From assembly GCA_047495785.1 (NCBI GenBank), contig JBLDXI010000009.1:4278001-4342000 (forward strand): a stretch of 64,000 nt of DNA, in the 5' to 3' direction. Made by a program: the position numbers and the translations under genes. Below are positions 56,630-64,000 of the stretch, piece after piece. Every line of letters starts with the position of its first letter. Position 1 is the stretch's first letter. A model generated the notes under the pieces. That model saw only the letters and a program-made list of their open reading frames with translations, was not told the origin of the DNA and searched no databases. Source of the stretch: Lepidodermella squamata. Lineage: Eukaryota; Animalia; Gastrotricha.

Positions 56630-57805
56630 TTATTCTTTATCGTCGCATTTTCTAACATCCAATTCGATTATCTGCTGTTCTTCCTCGATCAAGCATTCCC
56701 TAGCCGCGGCTGATTGCTGAATGCCGATTTTAGATTGCGTTTCGGCAACGGCTTTTCGTCGGCAAATTTTCAGCACGAATTTACTGACCAGGCCATCGGC
56801 TATTTTCTCAAGCTCGTTAATTATCATTGAGGCGAATGCCATGCCGCTGAAGATTATGAAAGACAGAAAAATTCGATAGATGCCAAATACCCACAGACTG
56901 GGAAATATTTCTCGCTTCTGGCCAGCTATCAAATCCCCAAATCCTGAAACAACAAATAATTATGAAAAAATCGAAAATCTCAATATTTACCTACCGATTG
57001 TAGTCAGAGTGACGAACAGGTAATATTGAGTCGTTAAAAATGCCCAGCCTTCAACCCAAGAAATCACCGTGGAAGCCGACATAAGGAATATGCAGTAAGC
57101 AGTGAAGAGTATAACCGAGGTTATAATCCAGCCGCGGTATCTGATCACCCAGTTCAGGCCCAGGCTATCTTGATTTTTTGATGGAAATCTGGCAAACCAC
57201 GCGGCCTGTACCTGACAAACGCGTTTGTGAAGGCGAGAAGCTATTCGAAGTGCAGCTTTTCTCACATGGCCGATGACGTTGAAGCAGAGTGGTATGCCTA
57301 TTATTGCAAAGATTACGCAGGCCGACCGGCCGAGTCGCGTTGATGGGTATAAATTCCCGTAGCCAATGGTTGTCACAACAGTCTATACACAAAAAAGAAA
57401 AATTATCGAATATACCAGACGAATTTTGAAGAAGCTCACAAGGCTGAAGAAAAGAGACCCAGGCAAGTCCCATTTCGAGGTTTTCCTACTCCTGGCGCCT
57501 TGATTGCATTCTTTAGACCTTATGAATGATACATTGAGGTAGCTGGACGTAGCGTTTGTGAAGGAAGCAATCGATAACAGCTGAACTCCTCCGAAATCGG
57601 ACAATGACTTATCCGATTGGTCCACGACCAAATTCTCAACTTCATTTTGCTGGGTCGAAAGTTTGTTCCTCTCTTGTTCCGGTGGCGACTCGATTAAATG
57701 GAAAGTTAACATGCCCAGCAACAGCCAGAGGACAAGCAAAATATAGCTGAAGACTAGGTTAATCCGGGGATATTCGTGTTGCTTGCCGGTGTTGTCGACG
57801 ATCAT
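56630..57805 (-). CDS. K2P potassium channel 20 (~355 aa)
   Basis: Exons 57805-57440, 57382-56995, 56943-56630; TTIGYGN / TIG|FGDLIAG. Start chosen by alignment with genes 18/19; the ORF stays open upstream to 58024. Confidence 0.9.
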
Positions 57806-58783
57806 GGCGAGGCCAACTTCAGGGTTGAAAATCGATCGCCAATTCGTCGTCGATTTTTCGACTCTCGGGTTGACCTCCCGGCACGAGTTACATCGACGTA
57901 GGAGTGGATTTTGAGCCGGTTGAGCTGGCCTGTTGGCGGTCAAAGCCCGACCGCTAAAACTGCTCAGCAAAGTTGCGGCAGTTTTGTTGTACCTATAATT
58001 TGATCTACTGTATGTTGAATGCATCGGTAAAATAATAGCAATACACGAATGGAGAAAGTTGGCGCAAATGCGTAGGTATATTATTATTGAGGATCGTAAA
58101 TCATGGTGGTTATCATGAAAACGCTATGTTTTGCTTTTATGGTGATGGCTGAAAGATGAGTTTCAGTAGGGCTTAGATATGCGGGTAAGAATGCAGTTAC
58201 TCATGCAGTACTCACTATTACACTCAGTTCATGCGCGTAATTTCCTTCAAGCTGCACGCTTTTATGCCAAAGTGTGCAACTCGTGTGTATTTTTTAACGA
58301 AAAATCGATGCAAGCGTGTATAAGCTAATTATATTTATATCCCAAGGCACGAAAACGGATCATAATTTACGTTAAGAGGCGTGTGCTTCTATAATTGCTG
58401 TACTATTATTGAATGTTGCGGAATGCTCAAAGACCATTGAGTGAGAAACGCATGTAGTAAATTGATCCTCGGGATGTGACCAAAATGACCAAATGGTCGA
58501 TGCAATTAACTAGCTGTCTTGAGCTGAATTTTACAAATGCTTTCAACTTATTGCCTCTCGATTTCACGTAAGATCCAATTCCCAAATGTGTTTTGTATTC
58601 AGAACGTAGCTTTTGTGGCGATGGTTCCGTCATATAGACCCTGCAAAATAGCGCATGAGAAGCTCCATGGTCTAGGGGCTAGTAGCCCGCGTTTTTCTGA
58701 TTCCCGGTTCGATTTCCGGCCTTAAAAAGTTTTTGCAATTGTGCGATTGAGCGAAATAAGAGTTTGCCGCCGGAAATCAAGAA

Positions 58784-58857
58784 CGGCTCAGGGGGATCGC
58801 ACCCTTGATCTTCAACTTACTACATAGGCCGACGCTATACCACTAAGTTACTAAGCC
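58784..58857 (-). pseudogene. tRNA pseudogene / tRNA-like sequence
   Basis: Minus strand GGCTTAG...CTGAGCC forms a 7-bp acceptor stem; D-arm-like TAACTTAGTGGTATAGC; mutated T loop GTGCGATCC; oversized 11-nt anticodon loop. Confidence 0.55.
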
Positions 58858-59409
58858 GAGTCGGAGTATTTCGGCAGCGGTAGCATTATTCGTAGAGAGC
58901 GGAGAAACCTAGCTAGATAAGTGTTTCGAGAAAGCTTGGGGGCGCTCGTTTGCTGGGAAATTGGCTAGAACGCTGAGAAAGTTTGTTAGATGAATGCGAA
59001 AGTGACTCAAAAACTGAGCGTCTCCAGCAGGACTTGAACTCACTCGGGCAGAGTGACTTCATGGTGTTGTGCTCATGCCTAGTGGGTATATTTTGTTTTA
59101 TCGATCAGAATGGCCTAGCAATCAATGCACACCGTGATGGTTGCATTCAGTTTCTATTGGAATGAGTTCGAATCCCACTTCACACATTGCAGTTTTATTT
59201 ATATCTTGAACCAGGCAAACATAGAGGTGACAAGCCGCTATTAATAGTATTGTAATGAGCGGCTCGGTGGTGTAGTGATTCACATCTGCAGAATGTCGCC
59301 GGTTGAATACAGCTTCAGAGCCGGTCAGAAATAGCTAAAAGCTTTTGTTGGCTTGGTGAGGGTTTGAGCTGGTAGGCGAGGCACCGGCGGTTGATGAGGT
59401 CTGACTTCG

Positions 59410-59785
59410 GTGACCAGTGTGACTCTGGCTATATCGGAATGACGGAGAAGAACCTTCACCAGCTCGGCTATACAGTCTAGCTCAATCGGAAAGCATTTGC
59501 GCTCACAGGAATCGCCTGATGGCTTCAACCTTAACGCTTGTTTCAAGAAGTTACGCAAACGCAAAAACAGATGAGACTGTTTATTGCACATTGCACGAGC
59601 AAAAACTAGCAATGAGCACGTGCAATCCGATTCTAGCAAATTGAAGCTATTTTAGTGCTACATATTCATTATTTTTTGTGGAGTTTCTTTCTTTTCGTTT
59701 CCTTTCACTGATTTTATTTTGTTTCGCTTTCTAGTCTGATGATGGCTCGCGGGAGGGCTGAAACGTTACTCCTAAATAAAATCGA
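59410..59785 (+). mobile_element. Penelope-like retroelement 3' remnant (degenerate GIY-YIG endonuclease plus 3' UTR)
   Basis: DQCDSGYIGMTEKNLHQ (from 59412), then frameshifted SSIGKHL...FKKLRKRKNR*DCLL...QSDSSKLKLF* (to 59655), resembling the C-terminus of Penelope endonucleases; followed by a hammerhead motif and AATAAA. Confidence 0.72.
59733..59770 (+). ncRNA. Minimal type I hammerhead ribozyme
   Basis: AGT-CTGATGA-T-GGCTC(GCGGGA)GGGCT-GAAACGTT-ACT: conserved core, wobble-rich stem II, palindromic ACGT stem III and 3-bp stem I. Confidence 0.68.
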
Positions 59786-60042
59786 ATCTCGATATATCCC
59801 AGGCAATCGTCGATGATCGAGCCGGCGATGGATTATACTCCCCATGGCCCAGGAGATTCAACAGCTCACCGCCGGTTTGATTTGATAACAACAGCAATTA
59901 CGCTTAAATTATTCATGGTTAGTCTAGTCCGTTACTTGAGTTAAAAATGAAAAACATTCCATTGGCGCAGTCAATAATCGAATCTGAAAGTGCTGCTTTT
60001 TTACTGCAAAATATAACAAAAACTTCAGCTGCCTGAATTAAT

Positions 60043-61313
60043 ATGGCACACAAAGTTTGCATTGGTCTAATCCTTGCTGTACATCTCACAGCGGCCCAAC
60101 AATCCGGGTTAGTAAAATCGGACGCCGATATTATCGATAAAAGGAGCTACTCGCGAGAAATCTCCGACTACTTCTTCTCTGAGGCGTGTCCCCTTGCTCG
60201 GGAGATCGAACTTGACACCGAGTTGGTGCAGCGAGGCCGACTCTCCGACTTCCCTCTCAACACTTCAGTCTCCATTAATATGCACAGATTGATTGAAGTT
60301 GATGATCTATCACAAAGGTAAGCCATGATAGTTGGAGCTTGGAGCAAAGCATTGCTAAATGATTCAACAGTTTGACAGTTCTCGCGAGCTATTATCTCTA
60401 TTGGTACATGCCACCATCAGGTTGCAAAGCAATGAACGCTAGCGATTTCCCGAGCATGTCGAATGAATCCTCGATATATGTCGCGAGTGACACTTCGAGA
60501 TCGTGGCGACCTATTGTTGAGCACATGAATGCCATGGAAAGAGGCGACATTTTATCGGGCGAGCCTGCTGATCTCCGCATTTTCTATTTGGCATCTACCA
60601 ATCCTGTTTACGGCTACATCCGCGTCTTCAAACCGATTAAAACGTATTGTTACGGTTTTGATCTGCGCTACTTCCCTTATGACAGGCTTGATTGTTCGAT
60701 TGAGTTGGAACCTAGTTACTCTGTCAGTACCATCAAAGTTACAGAGGCTTGGTTTAGAGTTTATGACTATAAACGATTCGTTTCTGATACCGATATTTGG
60801 GATCCAATAAGAAGTTCCGTGTCTTACAATATTAGCCAAAAGGGGAAGTACGACCATGTTTCAATGAAGTTTTCCCTGCAACGAAGATACTACTACTATG
60901 TCGGGAACATTTTTCTACCCCTGTTCGCAACAGTAATCCTACAGATGTGTGCTTTGATTATGCATCCAAAACACCCTGATAGGCCCACTTATTGCATAAC
61001 AGTTGTTATAGCATTGTCCTTTCTTCTGGCTCTAGTTTTCAGCCAAATTCCGCGTACGTCTCAAACTGTTTATTTGATCGGTGTGATTATTATCAAAGTG
61101 CTGTACTGTGTCTTACTTACAATTTACTCTTTAATTGCTGGCAACGTTGCTCGGTCGAAATGGGGCTGTCAGCAAGTAGCTATAGGTATGTTTCGATTAT
61201 CCAAGGTTCGATTTCTCGACGCAGCAGTGACTGCCTTCTCATTCTTCTCTTTGCTTATCATCGACTTTTTTCTATTTCTGAAAATGACTGGGCAGTTGCC
61301 TTCTGATAACTGA
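60043..61313 (+). CDS. Divergent Cys-loop (pentameric) ligand-gated ion channel subunit (~405 aa)
   Basis: Exons 60043-60317 and 60371-61313; signal peptide; RLIEVDD, WRP and CYGFDLRYFPYDRLDC motifs; pre-M1 LQRRYYYYVGNIFLP; M2 PDRPTYCITVVIAL; SQIPRTS M2-M3 loop; RFLD before M4. Confidence 0.9.
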
Positions 61314-61676
61314 TAGTGTCCGGAATAAATCTTAATCCCCGGTATTAATTGTTTGTTGTCTGAAGCATTTATATCATTTTCGGTGGGATGTTTACCTTTT
61401 CAATGTTTTGATGTTAGCCTGGAATAAAAGCTCGGTGTCAAATCTGCATTTGTGTGTTGAATTAAGAATTTCATAAGTCATTAACAATTTAGATCCGTGA
61501 TGAAACGGATTTCGAGTTGGCTGAAAAAGCCTGGTCTATTTAATAATTTATGATTCTATTTCGAATACCTGTGATACAACTGTTATACGTTTCCGCCCTC
61601 GGAAATGACACGACTTAATGCACTTGCACCGAAAATTTGCGTTGGTTCGCATCGAAAGTTGACTAGCATGCATTAA

Positions 61677-63485
61677 ATGAAAATGGTCTTAAAGTCCATC
61701 CATGTTGTGCTTGTCGGCATTGCCGCGGTAAGTTGCCGGTTTGGTCCCGTCAGGGACTATATCTACCTTGACAAGACCTCGGTCATTTCGCGCGAAAAAG
61801 AGATTGAGGCTAAGAGCTATTCGAAAGAAATGTCGGATTACTTTTTTAATAAAGCGTGCCCTCTCGCGCGAGAAATCGATCTGGACATCGAATTGGTGCA
61901 AAGCGGACGACTGTCTGATTTCCCGATAAATATTTCGATGATCGTTGTTTTCCACCGGCTAGTTGAAGTTGACGATTTGGCTCAAAGGTAAGATTAGATA
62001 GGCAATGAGAGATTTAACAAATATTATTTTGAATAGCTTGAAAGTTCTCGGGAGCTACTGGCTGTATTGGTACATGCCTAATTCTGGGTGCAAAACCATG
62101 AATGCAAGCTACTTTCCTGCTATGTCGAATCAATCAACGATCTGGGTAGCGAGTGACACTTCAAAATCTTGGCGGCCGGTACTCGAGCACCTGAATACAA
62201 TAGATAAAGTCGATATCATGCATAGCGATAAAGACCTGCGCATCTATTACAAAGCATCAGCCGACCCTGTCTACGGTTATATCCGCGTTTTCAAAGCCAT
62301 ATAAACCTACTGCAGCGGCTTTGACCTGCGCTTCTTTCCCTTGGACCGTCTCGACGTCATCAAGTTGGAACCTGAATACCGAGTCGATACAATCAAAATC
62401 ACAGAAGCGAGTTTCGGGGTATATGACTTCAGCAAGTTTGTTTTAGATACCGACATATGGGACCCTGTAATAGATTCGGTAATAGATTCGGTAATATTAG
62501 CAAAAGAAGAAATTTTGACCATTTATCGATGAGCTTTTCGCTTAAACGGAGGTCATACTATTACATTGGGAACATATTTTTGCCCATGTTTGTGACTGTG
62601 ATCCTACAGATGAGTGCGCTGATTATGCATCCAAAACACCCTGATAGGCCTACATATTGCATTACAGTTGTCTTAGCCCTTTCTGTCTTGTTGTCAATAG
62701 TTTTCTCTCAGATTCCACGAACTTCGCAACAAGTTTACTTGGTTGTAATGGTCATCGTGAAACTTGTTTACTGCGTTGTTTTGACTATTTACTCTTTGAT
62801 TGCTGGGCTAATTGCTCGAACTTAAAAACTTAAAAACTTAAACTTTATTGACGTGCAATTATCACATGCATGATTGCAGCACATAGTAAGGCATACTTAT
62901 CATAGACACTCAAGTGTTAATCTAGTGGCTATTACTGGCCGAAGGCAGAGGATGTCGGTTTTGCTGCGCCGTATAGGGTGTGAACCAGAGGGTGTGATGT
63001 CGCAGATCAACGGGTATTGCTGTCCGTGTCGGCGTCCATCTTTTGCACCATAGAACTTTTGCACCGTGCGACACTGCAAGCTCCATTGGCACCATACCGA
63101 CCTAGACGAGTGTCGTGAGGCTTCGCTCGGCTATTGCTGACCGAGGTGATTAGTTCCGACGAGAAGGATCGGCGACCGAGGGTATTGCTGCTACTCAGCC
63201 GGAGCAGTAGGGGTAAAGTGCTCTGCTCAGTTACACACGCGCCGTGACTCGGAGACGAACCACTGACCTTCAGAGAAAGCACAGCGGACGCTTAACCACT
63301 AAGCCACGTGCTCCCCAGCACGAACGAAGTGGGGACGTCAGCGCGTTTATTGTGGACTATTAGCATTTTCCAAAGTTCGCTTTTTCGATGTTGGTGTCAT
63401 CGCACTCTCCGTAGTACTCATGCTCCTAATAGATACTCACCTCCTTTTGAAAATGAATGGTCAGCTACCATCAATCGATACCTGA
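61677..63485 (+). pseudogene. Pseudogene paralog of the Cys-loop channel, split by a SINE
   Basis: Same intron position (61988-62036). Lesions: in-frame TAA at 62302 (AAA in the paralog), loss of the second Cys-loop Cys, a frameshift next to a GTAATAGATTCG duplication (about 62467-62492), and a SINE at 62822-63317. The M4 segment ARTKWGRQ...KVRFFD...KMNGQLPSIDT* resumes at 63318-63485. Confidence 0.88.
62822..63317 (-). mobile_element. tRNA-derived SINE (~495 bp)
   Basis: Minus strand: A box TGGCTTAGTGG, B box GGTTCGTCTCC, body, then AATAAAG and a (TTTAAGTT)3 tail. TSD GCTCGAAC (62814-62821) / GCACGAAC (63318-63325); the host reading frame continues across it. Confidence 0.85.
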
Positions 63486-64000
63486 AGCAAAGATGTTTGT
63501 TTGAAGACGTAAGCACAAAGAAATCGCCAATCACACGAAGCTTTTGTTCAGGTTTCAGGTTAACAAGATGTTTTACGTTTTTGCTCTCAAAATGCCTTTT
63601 TGATTGTATATCAATGTATTAATATATGAAGCAACTTGTTGTACGAAGGTTCGACTTGGGCCTTATTCAGAAAACCAAAGGAACTTGAATTTGCGCCATC
63701 GCTGATTGCGCGGCCGGTATTCGTAGAAAATGTGCTACTAGTGAATGTCCAGCTATTCCCTCGAGTGTTTCGTAATTGACGGGAATTTTTCGGTGTAGGT
63801 TCAAAATCCCAATTTTTCAAACGAGCAAGTCCTTCTTTATTCGGCAGAAACCTGTTTATTGGACAGTAATTCAGTGGTCTTCAAATCGCTGGGTTCGGTA
63901 GCTTCCTTTGAAATTGTTTGATCGCATTTGCAGTTTCTATGGCAAAGCAAGGAAACGATATTCTTTACCAATCGCTTGACCAATTTCTCCAGGCCATGAA

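Noticed and set aside
44160-58857. Functional tRNA genes at 44160-44235 and 58784-58857
   Set aside because: Anticodon loops are non-canonical and the T loop or acceptor stem is damaged; reported only as tRNA-derived sequences.
58983-59165. LQQDLNSL, reminiscent of the end of a LINE reverse transcriptase
   Set aside because: Too short, with no flanking RT motifs.
59259-59325. Second tRNA-like stretch (GGCTCGG TGGTGTAGTG...CAGAGCC)
   Set aside because: No B box or proper arms; too degenerate to call.

Overview
Animal (invertebrate) genomic DNA with spliceosomal introns, in two contrasting halves. 1-20 kb is an AT-rich, gene-poor block holding the 5' part of a PCBP/mub KH-domain gene and a divergent engrailed homeobox gene (both minus strand), plus several non-autonomous inverted-repeat elements. 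21-58 kb is a compact tandem array of 20 apparently intact two-pore-domain K+ channel (K2P) genes, all on the minus strand. Their pore modules are conserved, while the extracellular M1-P1 region is hypervariable and glycosylated, with a shared non-canonical motif; intergenic gaps are as short as 93 bp. An intact tyrosine-recombinase (Crypton-type) transposon interrupts the array. Head-to-head with the array lie a divergent Cys-loop ligand-gated ion channel gene and its tandem pseudogene copy, which is split by a tRNA-derived SINE. A Penelope GIY-YIG remnant with a minimal hammerhead ribozyme lies between the two groups. The best candidate for an undescribed system is the K2P array (with the adjacent atypical pLGICs) as a lineage-specific sensory/receptor-like channel expansion. 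All gene models were spliced by hand; no database searches were run.
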